Source of the DNA: Acidimicrobiaceae bacterium
GTDB taxonomy: Bacteria; Actinomycetota; Acidimicrobiia; Acidimicrobiales; RAAP-2
Length of the DNA stretch: 64,000 nucleotides
NCBI GenBank assembly: GCA_003138895.1
Contig: PLHJ01000012.1
Location: 137,070-201,069, forward strand
Direction: 5' to 3'
The translations under genes and the position numbers were made by a program. The notes beneath the pieces are model-generated. The model saw nothing but the letters and a program-made list of their open reading frames with translations, was not told where the DNA came from and made no database searches. Shown piece after piece: positions 51,425-61,608 of the stretch (the stretch's first letter is position 1; every line of letters begins with the position of its first letter).

Positions 51425-52471
51425 TTAAAGCAGCGACTTCACTTCTTCGATGAGTGACGCTTGTGTTTGTCCGAGTTGTGGCAGCGGGTGCACCTGCAGG
51501 TGGGTCACACCGGCTTCTTTAAAGGCAGCAATACGCTCGGCGACGTAACTCTTGGGGCCACACAATGTGGTCAGTTCCAAGAACTCGTCGGGTACGGCAG
51601 CTTCGGCTTCCTTCTTCTTACCGCTTAGATAAAGGTCCTGGATTTCTTCGGCTTCTTTTTCGTAGCCGTAACGAGTCGCCAGTTCGTTATAGAAGTTCTT
51701 TCCCTTGGCGCCCATGCCGCCGACATACAGCGCCACCATCGATCGCTGTAGTTCGCGCAACTTTGTAACGTCCTCGCCCTCGCCAATAGCCAAGAGGCCG
51801 CCGGCCGTGATCATCAGCTCACTGAGCTTCGGGTCACGCTTTTTTGCGCCCGCCGCAAGGGCTGCGCCCCAGACATCATTTGCTCGTTCGGGGATGAACA
51901 GAATAGGAATCCAACCGTCCGCGACTTCCGCCGTGAGCTCGACGTTCTTTTCGCCGAGCGAGGCAATCCAAATTGGGATCTCGCTTCGAACCGGCTTCGC
52001 AATGATCTTCAACGCCTTACCAAGTCCCGTTCCCTGATCGGCCGGTAGGGGCAACGTGAAGTTCTTTCCTTCGTGCACGAGGGGCGCTTCGCGCTTCCAC
52101 ACGTCACGGCAAATCTCGATGATCTCGCGCGTACGACCCAGAGGGTTCGTGTAGGGAACGCCGTGAAAACCCTCAATAACCTGTGGACCCGAAGCTCCCA
52201 GGCCCAAATGAAAGCGGCCATCAGAAAGTGCGTCGAGTCCCGCCGCGGTCATAGCAATAAGCGTTGGCGTACGCGTATAGATCGGAAGAATCGCCGCGCC
52301 GATCTCCACTTTTTTCGTCAGAGCAGCCAAGTAGCCCATCAACGAAGGGCCGTCGAAGCCGTACGCCTCGGCAACCCATACGAGGTCCAGTCCCGCCTTT
52401 TCCATATCAACGACTTCCTGGGCCGCTTCTTTAAAACCACCGGCGTAACTGAGCTGCGTTGCGAGTTTCAT
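51425..52471 (-). CDS. LLM-class, probably F420-dependent, oxidoreductase
   Basis: WVAEAYG.D, LGLGASGPQVIEG.HG, ALYVGGMG. Confidence 0.88.
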   Translation of the reverse strand: MKLATQLSYAGGFKEAAQEVVDMEKAGLDLVWVAEAYGFDGPSLMGYLAALTKKVEIGAAILPIYTRTPTLIAMTAAGLDALSDGRFHLGLGASGPQVIEGFHGVPYTNPLGRTREIIEICRDVWKREAPLVHEGKNFTLPLPADQGTGLGKALKIIAKPVRSEIPIWIASLGEKNVELTAEVADGWIPILFIPERANDVWGAALAAGAKKRDPKLSELMITAGGLLAIGEGEDVTKLRELQRSMVALYVGGMGAKGKNFYNELATRYGYEKEAEEIQDLYLSGKKKEAEAAVPDEFLELTTLCGPKSYVAERIAAFKEAGVTHLQVHPLPQLGQTQASLIEEVKSLL

Positions 52472-52614
52472 GGTCTCCCCTTTGACACAATCGAACTACT
52501 GAACAGTAACGTAATCGCCACCCGACAATTCGCGCGAAAATTCCGTCTCTGCCCTACTCTTGAATTTGGAGACAACGAGGCCTCTAAAAAGTTTTAGGAA
52601 CGGGTGGAATAGTC

Positions 52615-53886
52615 ATGACGGGCGCGCCGCAGCAAGAGCCAGAGAATTTCAACCCTTGGGACAACGTGGTGGGGCTCATCGAACAAGCCGGTTCGCTGTT
52701 GGGCCTCAACGCTGGCCTGGTGCAACGCATTGTAAAACCCGAGCGAATCTTGGAAGTGGCCGTTCCCGTGCGACGCGATAGTGGCGACGTTGAGATGTAC
52801 ACCGGATGGCGCATTCAACACGACACTTCGCGCGGTCCGGGCAAAGGTGGGATTCGATTCCACCCGAGCGTTGACGTCGACGAAATTGCGGCCTTGAGTG
52901 CGGACATGTCCATCAAGACTGCGGTGGTCAATATCCCCTACGGCGGGGCAAAAGGTGGTGTCCGCGTTGATCCCTCCCAACTTTCGATTGGTGAATTAGA
53001 GCGACTCACTCGTCGTTACGCCTTTGGCATCGCCCCAATAATCGGACCCGACCGCGACATTCCCGCTCCCGATATCAATACCGATTATCGCGTCATGAGT
53101 TGGATCATGGACACGTTGTCAATGATCCGTGGCTACAACGTGGGGGGCATTGTTACTGGTAAACCCATTGCGATCGGCGGCACCTTTGGTCACGCGGGCG
53201 CCACGTCACTCGGTGTCACGATATGCACGGAAGCTCTGCTCAAGAAACTCGGTCGACCACTCAACGAACAGCGCGCCGTCATTCAGGGATACGGCAAGGT
53301 CGGCGCGCCCCTCGTAAAGTTATTTGCCGACCGAGGCATCAAAGTGGTCGCCATTGCCGACGTGCAAGGCGCCATTCATGATCCCGACGGAATTGATCCA
53401 GTCAAACTCGCGAAGCACTTTGAAGAAGCCCGCACGGTGGTGGGATACCCCGGCGCCATCGACATTCCCGCGAACATGTTGTTTGCAATGCCGAGTGAAA
53501 TCGCCGTACCGGCCGCTCTGGGTGGTGTGCTCACGGAAGAGATTGCTCAGACGCTGAGCGCAAAATTTGTCATCGAAGCTGCGAACGGCCCCACTACCGG
53601 AGAAGGTGCGGCCGTGCTGAAGGAGCGAAACGTCACGGTTGTTCCCGACGTTCTGGCCAATGCGGGTGGCGTCGTCGCATCATATTTTGAATGGGCCCAG
53701 GATCTTCAGGGCTTCATGTGGGAACGCGAACTCTTCCAGCAGCGTCTAGAAAAAACCATGCGAACGGCGTTTGACCACGTATGGACTCGTCAACAGCAAC
53801 TGGGTGTCACCTTGCGCGAAACCGCTATTGCGGTGGGCGTTGAGCGAATTGCCGAGGCCACGGAACTTCGTGGTCTCTTTCCCTGA
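52615..53886 (+). CDS. gdhA: Glu/Leu/Phe/Val dehydrogenase (glutamate dehydrogenase-like)
   Basis: GPGKGGIRF, GGAKGG, PAPD, TGKP, QGYGKVG, EAANGP, ANAGGV. Confidence 0.88.
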   Translation: MTGAPQQEPENFNPWDNVVGLIEQAGSLLGLNAGLVQRIVKPERILEVAVPVRRDSGDVEMYTGWRIQHDTSRGPGKGGIRFHPSVDVDEIAALSADMSIKTAVVNIPYGGAKGGVRVDPSQLSIGELERLTRRYAFGIAPIIGPDRDIPAPDINTDYRVMSWIMDTLSMIRGYNVGGIVTGKPIAIGGTFGHAGATSLGVTICTEALLKKLGRPLNEQRAVIQGYGKVGAPLVKLFADRGIKVVAIADVQGAIHDPDGIDPVKLAKHFEEARTVVGYPGAIDIPANMLFAMPSEIAVPAALGGVLTEEIAQTLSAKFVIEAANGPTTGEGAAVLKERNVTVVPDVLANAGGVVASYFEWAQDLQGFMWERELFQQRLEKTMRTAFDHVWTRQQQLGVTLRETAIAVGVERIAEATELRGLFP

Positions 53887-53900
53887 GCCAACCTTTTGGT

Positions 53901-55031
53901 TTAACTCGCCACCGCGCAACGATTGGGGCCAAGTTCCATCGCCGTGACTTCTTCCAAGGTCAACTTTGATTCGCCAGAGTTGAAGAGCACAATATTGGCG
54001 TAGTTGGGCGGACGCTCCTTCACGTGCGACACCGCCCAGGCGACAAATTCTTCTTCACCCATCGACAATGAAGTGAGCGACGTACGCAGTTCGCCAAGGG
54101 TCTTCGTGATCAATTCGCCGTAGTGAACATCCACAGCTTCGCCGTAGTGCGCTGGAAATATTTTGACATCATCGGATAGTTTTAAAACGCCGTGGTGCAG
54201 CGTCTGAAAAAGCGTTCGCGCAAACGGTTCGGCTTGGTCGGCAAGGTCAGGGCGGCCCACGCTTTCGAGGAACAACGTGTCACCCGAAAATAAAGCACCC
54301 TGATTCAAGAGAAAGGCCGTTGAACCTTCCGTGTGGCCCGGCGTACTCAGCGCGACCAACTCAACGTCACGGCCCTTATCAAGCGCCAACCGAAAATCCG
54401 GTGTCAATGGTCGAAAATCGTAATGAAAAGTGTCGGCGGCGTTAAGTACTAATTCCGCGCCCGTGCGGCGCGCTAATTCGCGAGCACCGCTCAGGTGATC
54501 CGCGTGCAAGTGCGTATCAAAAACATGCGTTATGACGTAGTCGTGTTGCTTAGCAACTGACAAGTACACGTCAACGTCAACGGATGGATCGATGACGACG
54601 GCATTTCCCGTCGCACCCGTCGAAAGGCGACGACTCGAACCCACAACGTAGGAAAGACACCCCTTGCCACGACGGCGAATTTGGGAAACGGTCGCCGCAC
54701 CAATATTCGTATTTACGACTTCGTACGTGTGGCCCCACTCTTCCATGCCGCCTTCGAGCACCACGGACCGGTAGTTGAGGTGACGAAGAATTTCAGAAGC
54801 TCGCTCGGCTCGCGCACCCTTGGCGCAGACCGTGACAACAATCGCGTCTCGTGGGACTTCACTCAGTCGCTGTTCAATCTCACCGAGGGGAATATTGACG
54901 GTTCTTGGAATACGCCACGTTGCAAATTCGTCCGGTTCACGCACGTCTAGCAAGAAAACGTCTGGCGAATCATCCAGCAACGAAAGGAGTTCGTTCGTGC
55001 TGAGCGTGGCGCTCGGGTGGATTACGGCCAT
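53901..55031 (-). CDS. Rhodanese-MBL-fold (persulfide dioxygenase-like) fusion
   Basis: N-terminal LDVREP...CAKGAR; C-terminal THLHADH, TPGHT, GD.LF, GRPDL, PAH. Confidence 0.88.
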   Translation of the reverse strand: MAVIHPSATLSTNELLSLLDDSPDVFLLDVREPDEFATWRIPRTVNIPLGEIEQRLSEVPRDAIVVTVCAKGARAERASEILRHLNYRSVVLEGGMEEWGHTYEVVNTNIGAATVSQIRRRGKGCLSYVVGSSRRLSTGATGNAVVIDPSVDVDVYLSVAKQHDYVITHVFDTHLHADHLSGARELARRTGAELVLNAADTFHYDFRPLTPDFRLALDKGRDVELVALSTPGHTEGSTAFLLNQGALFSGDTLFLESVGRPDLADQAEPFARTLFQTLHHGVLKLSDDVKIFPAHYGEAVDVHYGELITKTLGELRTSLTSLSMGEEEFVAWAVSHVKERPPNYANIVLFNSGESKLTLEEVTAMELGPNRCAVAS

Positions 55032-55134
55032 ATAAAAAGGTTAGAAGTAGATTGTTAGCAGACGACGTTCAATTGGTTACAGTCCGATTAATCTCGTTCA
55101 CTTCGTTACAACTACATGAAGGTAAAAGGTTGCC

Positions 55135-55476
55135 ATGGCGTACGCCCCCGAAAATATTGACGTTGCCGCTGCCGTGGAGTTGTTGCAAAACGGTGCGCTG
55201 CTGCTCGACGTCCGAGAAGACGACGAGTGGGAGGCGGGCCACGCGCCCGACGCTACGCATATTCGCCTCAGTGAGGTTCCCGACACGTTCGAATCGCTGT
55301 CTAAGGAACGCCCCATCGTCTGTGTCTGTCGCGCCGGTGGCCGTTCCGCCAGGGCCGCCGCGTTTCTCAGTGAACAGGGTTTTACGACCTACAACCTGGA
55401 CGGCGGCATGAACGCGTGGTACACCGCCGATCAGACCGTCGTGACAAATGATGGCACGGTAGGCGACGTCATTTAG
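55135..55476 (+). CDS. Single-domain rhodanese
   Basis: LDVRE.DEW.AGH, CRAGGRS, NLDGGM.AW. Confidence 0.92.
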   Translation: MAYAPENIDVAAAVELLQNGALLLDVREDDEWEAGHAPDATHIRLSEVPDTFESLSKERPIVCVCRAGGRSARAAAFLSEQGFTTYNLDGGMNAWYTADQTVVTNDGTVGDVI

Positions 55477-55488
55477 TCGCCGATCTGC

Positions 55489-55953
55489 TTACACTGAACC
55501 GCCCTCAGGGCGCTCCGTGTAAAAGGCGGCGTTTCGACGTTCCATCCACCGAGCTGGTTCCGGTATCGCTTCGAAGCCGAATTGACGATAAAGCCCATGA
55601 GCATCTCTCGTGCCGAGCACGAGTCGGCGAACATCTAAAACAGCAGGGTGCTGCAGCGCCGAACCGACCAAGAATTTTCCCAATCCTTTGGACCGATCAC
55701 CTTCGTCAACAAAGACGTCACATAGCCACGCGAAGGTTACGGTGTCGGTAATCCATCGGGCAAAACCAACTTGTTCATCCGCCGGGCTATAACAACCAAG
55801 CACCACGGAGTACTCAATCGACTTCTTCAGGTCATCAAGAGATCGACCTTTCGCCCAGTACGACTCCTCACTGAGCCAGCGCTGCGTACGAGAAAGGTCC
55901 AGACGCTTTCGTTCATCAGTAACGACGTAGCCGTCATCGCGGGTCCACTTCAT
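55489..55953 (-). CDS. GNAT-family acetyltransferase
   Basis: SYWAKGR, VGFAR, DVFV, RSKGLG, T.DAHGLY..FGF. Confidence 0.9.
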   Translation of the reverse strand: MKWTRDDGYVVTDERKRLDLSRTQRWLSEESYWAKGRSLDDLKKSIEYSVVLGCYSPADEQVGFARWITDTVTFAWLCDVFVDEGDRSKGLGKFLVGSALQHPAVLDVRRLVLGTRDAHGLYRQFGFEAIPEPARWMERRNAAFYTERPEGGSV

Positions 55954-56198
55954 TAAGAAAATTTAATGCAAACTCTGGCAGCCAAACAAGTGTGGCACGA
56001 CTTCGTCACAGCAAAAATTAATGCTGCTCTTAACTAGGACGATTGATATTCATCACGAAGTGATGATCGTTAAGCAACTCTCAGTTCGGGCATTCGTAAT
56101 TACCTTCTTCTTACGCTCACTACATTCGGGCTTCAAGTTCGACGGGCACGATGGGTTTGTTCGAGAAACTCTCGTGCGTATGTAATGAAAGGATCATC

Positions 56199-56879
56199 AT
56201 GTACAGAAGCAAGAAAAAGGTCGTCCGGCGAGTTGCCGCAACGGCGGCCGTCGGTGTAAGCCTCGCAGCGGGAGCCGTAGGCGTGGCCTCAGCAGCAACT
56301 CCGCACGCGACCCACGCTAAGGACAGCTCCACCGCCACTACCAATGCCAACAGTTGCGTCGGCGGTGTGGTGACGGCCATTAGTGCGACGTCCATCACTG
56401 TTCAGAGCATTAGTGGAACGTCGACGACGTACACCATTAACTCGGCGACGACGTTTAGCGAAGGCCAAAAGACGGTGACGGCATCGTCCGTTGTCGTTGG
56501 TGAGCGCGTGGGGATTCAAGTGTCCTCAACAAGCGCCACGACGGCCACGTCGATTGACGTGCAGTTGGCCGGCATCGCCGGCAAAGTGGTGAGCGTGAGT
56601 GGCAACACCATCACCGTCACCGACCCCCAGGGTTTCACGCGAACCATCATCGTGAACTCATCAACCACCTACACAAAGTCCAACGCAGCTTCGACGCTGA
56701 GTGCCGTCACTGTCGGTACGGTTGTCTCGGCTCGGGGCACCGTTGACTCCAACGGCACCACGCTCGATGCGTCCGCGGTGACCATTGGTCAACTTGGCGG
56801 ACCCGGCATGGGCGGTCCTGGCGGACCCGGCGGACCCGGCATGGGTGGTCCTGGTGGACCCGGCGGACACCACCGTTAA
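56199..56879 (+). CDS. Secreted Ser/Thr-rich protein with two OB-like repeats (DUF5666-like)
   Basis: GAAAGGA SD, signal peptide ending ASA, two G.V..IS...ITV.....T..T..INS.TT repeats, Gly/Pro tail. Confidence 0.78.
   Translation: MYRSKKKVVRRVAATAAVGVSLAAGAVGVASAATPHATHAKDSSTATTNANSCVGGVVTAISATSITVQSISGTSTTYTINSATTFSEGQKTVTASSVVVGERVGIQVSSTSATTATSIDVQLAGIAGKVVSVSGNTITVTDPQGFTRTIIVNSSTTYTKSNAASTLSAVTVGTVVSARGTVDSNGTTLDASAVTIGQLGGPGMGGPGGPGGPGMGGPGGPGGHHR
56796..56867 (+). repeat. 33-nt tandem repeat (x2) encoding GGPGMGGPGGP
   Basis: Units 56796-56828 and 56829-56861 differ by 2 synonymous changes. Confidence 0.85.
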
Positions 56880-56908
56880 TCGCGGTGCACCGTCACAGCA
56901 AACAGAAC

Positions 56909-56949
56909 GAACGCCCCGTGATCTCAAGAAGGAGTTTCACGGGGCGTTC
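56909..56949. terminator. Probable bidirectional terminator between the DUF5666-like gene and kdpC
   Basis: 13-bp stem GAACGCCCCGTGA / TCACGGGGCGTTC followed by a T-rich tract. Confidence 0.8.
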
Positions 56950-56962
56950 TTCTTGTAAGTAC

Positions 56963-57562
56963 TTACTTTTCGAGTTTGGCCAGTGCTTGGTTTAGTTGGA
57001 GCACATCGATGTATGCGGTGCCCATGAAACCGAGTTCTGGACCCGATGTCTCCTTGACAATCAACTTGTGCAGCACGGAAGCCGCTACACCCGTTGCTTT
57101 TGAAACCATCGGAATTTGAACAATGGCATCAAGCTGTGAAATGTCCGGGTCGTAACCGGAACCTGAAGTCGTCACCAAGTCAGGCGTCGGGTTCACACCC
57201 AACGAGTGCCAGTAGCTCACCAGTGCAATAGTGTTCGCTTTCAGCGTTTTTGAGCGCGGACCAAGATTGGTAGCCCCTGACTCACCGGTATTGCCAGAGG
57301 CAACTAACGGATTGTCGCCGCCACCCGAGTGCGTTGTTAAATTCGCGGCGTAGGGACCGGTGTCGTCGGGACGGCCGTGAAACCACTTTGGACTGGACCA
57401 GTTTTGGCCAATCAACGTGGAACCGTTCTTGCCAATGGAACCGTCCGCCTGATACTTGAAGAACAACTGGGACACGCCAGTGCCCGCCAGCGCGTAGACG
57501 AATCCAAAGAGCACCAGGCAAATGACCGCCATGACGAGCGATCGACGTAAGTGAATGAGCAT
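56963..57562 (-). CDS. kdpC: K+-transporting ATPase subunit C
   Basis: QADGS, LIGQ, FHGRP, SGATNLGP, DLVTTSGSG.DP.IS. Confidence 0.95.
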   Translation of the reverse strand: MLIHLRRSLVMAVICLVLFGFVYALAGTGVSQLFFKYQADGSIGKNGSTLIGQNWSSPKWFHGRPDDTGPYAANLTTHSGGGDNPLVASGNTGESGATNLGPRSKTLKANTIALVSYWHSLGVNPTPDLVTTSGSGYDPDISQLDAIVQIPMVSKATGVAASVLHKLIVKETSGPELGFMGTAYIDVLQLNQALAKLEK

Positions 57563-57572
57563 CAGCAGATCC

Positions 57573-59633
57573 TTAGTAAGCGTGCAGCGCGACGAGCACG
57601 AGGTCGATGAGTTTGATGAAAATAAAGGGCACGATGATGCCGCCGACGCCGTAAATCAAGACGTTGCGTCGTAGAATCGACGTCGAGTTCGCAGCTCGGA
57701 ATTTGACACCGCGAAGCGCCAACGGGATGAGCGCAATGATAACGAGAGCGTTAAAGATTACGGCTGACAACACGGCACTCTGTGAACTGTGCAATTTCAT
57801 GATATTGAGCGAATTCAGTTGCGGATACGTTGCTACAAACAACGCCGGAATAATCGCGAAGTACTTTGCGACGTCGTTTGCAATGGAGAACGTCGTAAGA
57901 GATCCCCGAGTAATCAGCAACTGCTTTCCAATTTCCACAATGTCAATCAGCTTCGTGGGGTTGGAGTCGAGGTCAACCATGTTGCCCGCCTCTTTAGCGG
58001 CCGTCGTACCGGTATTCATGGCCACGCCCACGTCGGCTTGGGCAAGTGCCGGCGCGTCGTTCGTACCGTCACCGGTCATTGCGACAAGCTTGCCGCCTTC
58101 TTGTTCTTGCTTAATGAGGGCCATCTTCGCTTCAGGTGTGGCTTCTGCAAGAAAGTCGTCAACGCCAGCTTCTTGCGCAATGGCGGCCGCGGTGAGCGGG
58201 TTGTCGCCAGTAATCATCACCGTGCGAATTCCCATTTGACGCATTTGGTCAAACTTCTCCTTGATGCCCTGCTTCACGACGTCCTTCAATTCAATGACGC
58301 CCAGGATGTCTGAACCATCAGCAACCGCCAGTGGCGTCGAGCCCGCTCTTGAAACGCGCTCAACAATCGCGTCGAGGTCGCTCGGCACGGTGCCACCTTG
58401 TTCCGAGACCCAACGTTTCACGGACTCCGCAGCACCTTTTCGGATTTGACGTTGATTGATATTCAGTCCCGACATGCGCGTGGTAGCCGTAAAGGGAACA
58501 AACTCGTGGTCGCCGTCAAGTTGACGTTCGCGAATATCAAAAAGCTCCTTCGCCAGTACGACAATGGAGCGTCCCTCTGGGGTTTCATCGGCGAGCGACG
58601 CGAGTTGCGCAACATCAGCGACCTCTTGTTCCGTGTGCGAAGCCACGGGATAGAAAGTTGACGCCATGCGGTTACCAAGCGTGATGGTGCCAGTCTTGTC
58701 GAGCAGCAACGTCTGCACGTCACCGGCGGCTTCGACAGCTCGACCACTCATCGCCAAAACGTTTCGTTGAACGAGACGGTCCATACCGGCAATACCAATG
58801 GCCGACAACAACGCGCCAATGGTCGTGGGAATAAGACAGACAAGCAATGCCACCAACACCACGACGGACACGGAAGCGCCGGCGTAGTGACCAAAGGGTT
58901 GCAGCGCGACGACGACCGGAATGAACACAATGGTGAGTACGGCCAGCAAAATCGTCAGCGCAATTTCGTTCGGGGTCTTTTGACGATTCGCACCTTCGAC
59001 CAACGTGATCATGCGGTCAAGGAACGTCTGACCTCGTTCGGCGGTAATGCGAATAACGATGCGGTCGGAAAGCACCTTCGTTCCACCAGTGACGGCCGAA
59101 CGGTCGCCCCCGGATTCGCGCACGACGGGAGCAGATTCACCCGTGATGGCGGATTCATCCACCGAGGCAATGCCCTCCACGATCTCGCCGTCAGAAGGAA
59201 TGACGTCGTTTGCCTCACAAACAACAAGGTCACCCTTCATGAGCTCAGCGGCGGGTACGAGTTCTTCGCTGCCGTCTGCCTTCAAACGACGCGCTTCGGT
59301 GTCCGAGCGCATTTTTCGAAGCGTGTCGGCCTGAGCCTTTCCTCGACCTTCCGCCATGGCTTCGGCGAAGTTGGCAAAGATCACCGTCAAGAACAACCAA
59401 ATCGTGATGGACCACGTGAATTTGCCCGGGTGGGAAATGGCTTCAATGAACGTGATGACGGATCCAACGAGCACCACGAACATCACGGGGTTTTTCACCT
59501 GGACGGCGGGATTGAGTTTGGTGATGGATTCCTTCAGCGCCTGCTTCAGGATCGGTCCATCAAAGAGACCCCGCGCCTCGGCAACGCCGTGCGCAGAGGT
59601 CTCTGGTGAGGGGGTCGAAGTTACCGTGGTCAT
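57573..59633 (-). CDS. kdpB: K+-transporting ATPase subunit B
   Basis: [34 protein letters not shown]. Confidence 0.98.
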   Translation of the reverse strand: MTTVTSTPSPETSAHGVAEARGLFDGPILKQALKESITKLNPAVQVKNPVMFVVLVGSVITFIEAISHPGKFTWSITIWLFLTVIFANFAEAMAEGRGKAQADTLRKMRSDTEARRLKADGSEELVPAAELMKGDLVVCEANDVIPSDGEIVEGIASVDESAITGESAPVVRESGGDRSAVTGGTKVLSDRIVIRITAERGQTFLDRMITLVEGANRQKTPNEIALTILLAVLTIVFIPVVVALQPFGHYAGASVSVVVLVALLVCLIPTTIGALLSAIGIAGMDRLVQRNVLAMSGRAVEAAGDVQTLLLDKTGTITLGNRMASTFYPVASHTEQEVADVAQLASLADETPEGRSIVVLAKELFDIRERQLDGDHEFVPFTATTRMSGLNINQRQIRKGAAESVKRWVSEQGGTVPSDLDAIVERVSRAGSTPLAVADGSDILGVIELKDVVKQGIKEKFDQMRQMGIRTVMITGDNPLTAAAIAQEAGVDDFLAEATPEAKMALIKQEQEGGKLVAMTGDGTNDAPALAQADVGVAMNTGTTAAKEAGNMVDLDSNPTKLIDIVEIGKQLLITRGSLTTFSIANDVAKYFAIIPALFVATYPQLNSLNIMKLHSSQSAVLSAVIFNALVIIALIPLALRGVKFRAANSTSILRRNVLIYGVGGIIVPFIFIKLIDLVLVALHAY

Positions 59634-61321
59634 TAGAAGAACCTTCCGTGGCTGAGTTGTTCGACGATTGGTCCAAGCCCAATGGCGGGGAAGAATGTCA
59701 AACCACCAATGATGACGATGACACCAATCGTGAGACCGACGAACATGGTGTTGTCAGTCTTAAAGGTGCCGAGTGATTCGGGCACGACATTCTTCGCGGC
59801 CAGCGTGCCACCGAGTGCCAACGCCGGGATCATGATGCCAAAGCGTCCAATCAACATGTCAATGGCACCGATCACGTTATAAAAAGGTGTATTACCCGTT
59901 AGACCGCCAAACGCCGAGCCGTTGTTATTGCCTTGGGACGTGAGGGCGTACAGAATTTCAGTGAAGCCATGAGGTCCGGCGTTTTCTGGACCGAGCCTTC
60001 CCGCCCCTACCGATACCGCAATCGCTGTAAAGATCAGCACCGCAATCGGCATGACGAGGGCCCCAAGACCCGCGAGTTTGACTTCTCTCGCCTGGATTTT
60101 TTTACCGAGATACTCCGGCGTTCGCCCAATCATGAGGCCACCTATGAAGACCGCAATCAATGCGTAAATCAAAATGGTGTAAAGACCACTGCCCGTGCCA
60201 CCGGGTGTCACCTCCCCCAGCATCATGCCAGTAAGCAGACCAAAACCGCCTATGGGAGTGAAGGAGTCATAGGCCGCGTCGGCCGAACCCGTCGACGTCA
60301 TTGTGGAAGAAACACCAAACAACGCCGTTGACGTGTCGCCGAAGCGAACTTCTTTACCCTCAGTATTACCAACCGTTGAGTGAATACCCGCTGCTGCCAC
60401 CGCGGGGTTGTTCTGGTGTTCCGCGTAACTTGTAAAGCCCACCCACACACCAAAAAGGAGCACCATCGCGGCCAGCAGTGCCGTACCGTGACGCACGCTG
60501 CCGACCATTTTTCCAAAGGTGTAGGTCAAGGCAAAAGGAATTGAAAGCAACAAGTAGATACTGAGCCAGTTCGTGAGACCCGTAGGGTTCTCGAACGTCG
60601 TCGCGGAGTTGGCGTTCAAAAAGCCACCGCCATTCGTGCCGAGCTGTTTGATGGCTTCCATGAAACCAATCGGGCCGCGAGGAATCGTTTGGGTTACCCC
60701 GTTTAGAACGTCGTGGATGCTGGCCGTTCCGGCAAGCGTCTCTACCGCTCCTTGACCCACGAAGATGATGCCGGCGACAAAAGCTATCGGCAACAAGATG
60801 TAGAGCATGCAGCGTGTGATGTCGACCCAGAAGTTTCCAATGGTGGGTGAGTTACGACGCGAGAAGCCACGAACCAACGCAATCGCAACGGCAATACCAA
60901 CCGCCGGCGTCACAAATTGCTGCACCGTCAAAGCGCCGATCTGAGAGAAGTACGACATTGTCGTTTCTCCGCCGTAGTTTTGCCAGTTGGTGTTCGTAAC
61001 AAACGACGAAGCCGTGTTGAAACTCAAGGCTTGACCCACGCCTCCCAAGTGCTGAGGGTTGAGCGGCAGCGAACCCTGAATGCGCAAGATGACGTACGTG
61101 AAGACGATGGACACCGCGGAGAAGATGATCAGCGCTCCGGCGTAGCGCTTCCAGGTCTGCTCCTGCTTGGGGCTCGTCTTTAGCAGTCGGTAGATCGGCG
61201 TCTCGATGAAACCGAGGAAATGGACACGGCCCTCAAAGACCGCGGCCATGTAGGAACCCAAATAACGCCAGGTAAGTCCTAGCGCGATGATGAGCGTGAT
61301 GATGGTGAAGGTAAAGCCCAT
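59633..61321 (-). CDS. kdpA: K+-transporting ATPase subunit A
   Basis: [46 protein letters not shown]. Confidence 0.98.
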   Translation of the reverse strand: MGFTFTIITLIIALGLTWRYLGSYMAAVFEGRVHFLGFIETPIYRLLKTSPKQEQTWKRYAGALIIFSAVSIVFTYVILRIQGSLPLNPQHLGGVGQALSFNTASSFVTNTNWQNYGGETTMSYFSQIGALTVQQFVTPAVGIAVAIALVRGFSRRNSPTIGNFWVDITRCMLYILLPIAFVAGIIFVGQGAVETLAGTASIHDVLNGVTQTIPRGPIGFMEAIKQLGTNGGGFLNANSATTFENPTGLTNWLSIYLLLSIPFALTYTFGKMVGSVRHGTALLAAMVLLFGVWVGFTSYAEHQNNPAVAAAGIHSTVGNTEGKEVRFGDTSTALFGVSSTMTSTGSADAAYDSFTPIGGFGLLTGMMLGEVTPGGTGSGLYTILIYALIAVFIGGLMIGRTPEYLGKKIQAREVKLAGLGALVMPIAVLIFTAIAVSVGAGRLGPENAGPHGFTEILYALTSQGNNNGSAFGGLTGNTPFYNVIGAIDMLIGRFGIMIPALALGGTLAAKNVVPESLGTFKTDNTMFVGLTIGVIVIIGGLTFFPAIGLGPIVEQLSHGRFF

Positions 61322-61410
61322 TAGAACTTCTCAGGCTTAAACATTGCGTAGCCGATGTAAATGAACATCACAACAGCGACACCGAGCAGAATGCCTTGGG
61401 TAGCCGTCAT
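61321..61410 (-). CDS. kdpF: K+-transporting ATPase subunit F (29 aa)
   Basis: MTATQGILLGVAVVMFIYIGYAMFKPEKF*; Y..YA...PEKF signature; TAATG overlap with kdpA. Confidence 0.93.
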   Translation of the reverse strand: MTATQGILLGVAVVMFIYIGYAMFKPEKF

Positions 61411-61490
61411 GCGCGGTCCAAGGCCCAAATGAGACCGAGCATCGCGGCCGTGAAGGCCACAATCCCCAGCGCTGAATAGAAATCTCCCAT
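61407..61490 (-). CDS. 27-aa hydrophobic peptide upstream of kdpF
   Basis: MGDFYSALGIVAFTAAMLGLIWALDRA*; ATGA overlap with kdpF; AAGAAT 6 nt upstream of its ATG. Confidence 0.75.
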   Translation of the reverse strand: MGDFYSALGIVAFTAAMLGLIWALDRA

Positions 61491-61543
61491 GTGGTGATTC
61501 TTTCGGGAAGCGTCTAAACAGAACCTTTAAAACGCCCGAAGGC

Positions 61544-61560
61544 TCTTAATAAAATCTTAA
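61544..61560. promoter_or_regulatory. Putative KdpE binding site
   Basis: TCTTAA direct repeat with 11-bp period (61544, 61555) in an AT-rich patch upstream of the kdp operon; the spacing is typical of OmpR/PhoB-family sites. Confidence 0.5.
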
Positions 61561-61608
61561 AAGGACCATCTGTCCCCGAAGGATCCGATTTCGTAGGACA
61601 ATAGACAG

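Noticed and set aside
43014-56949. Shared AACGCCCCG/CGGGGCGTT arms in two hairpins (related arm at 6531) as a REP/MITE family
   Set aside because: Only 2-3 copies with different loops, all at terminator positions; ordinary terminators explain them.
58767-59609. 280-aa ORF antisense to kdpB, and similar long shadow ORFs (11434-12075, 31310-31915, 9642-10247)
   Set aside because: They lie fully opposite well-supported genes and have no motifs; such ORFs are expected from codon bias at this GC content.
61491-61608. c-di-AMP (ydaO) riboswitch before kdp
   Set aside because: The region is too short and lacks the consensus; the operon appears leaderless.
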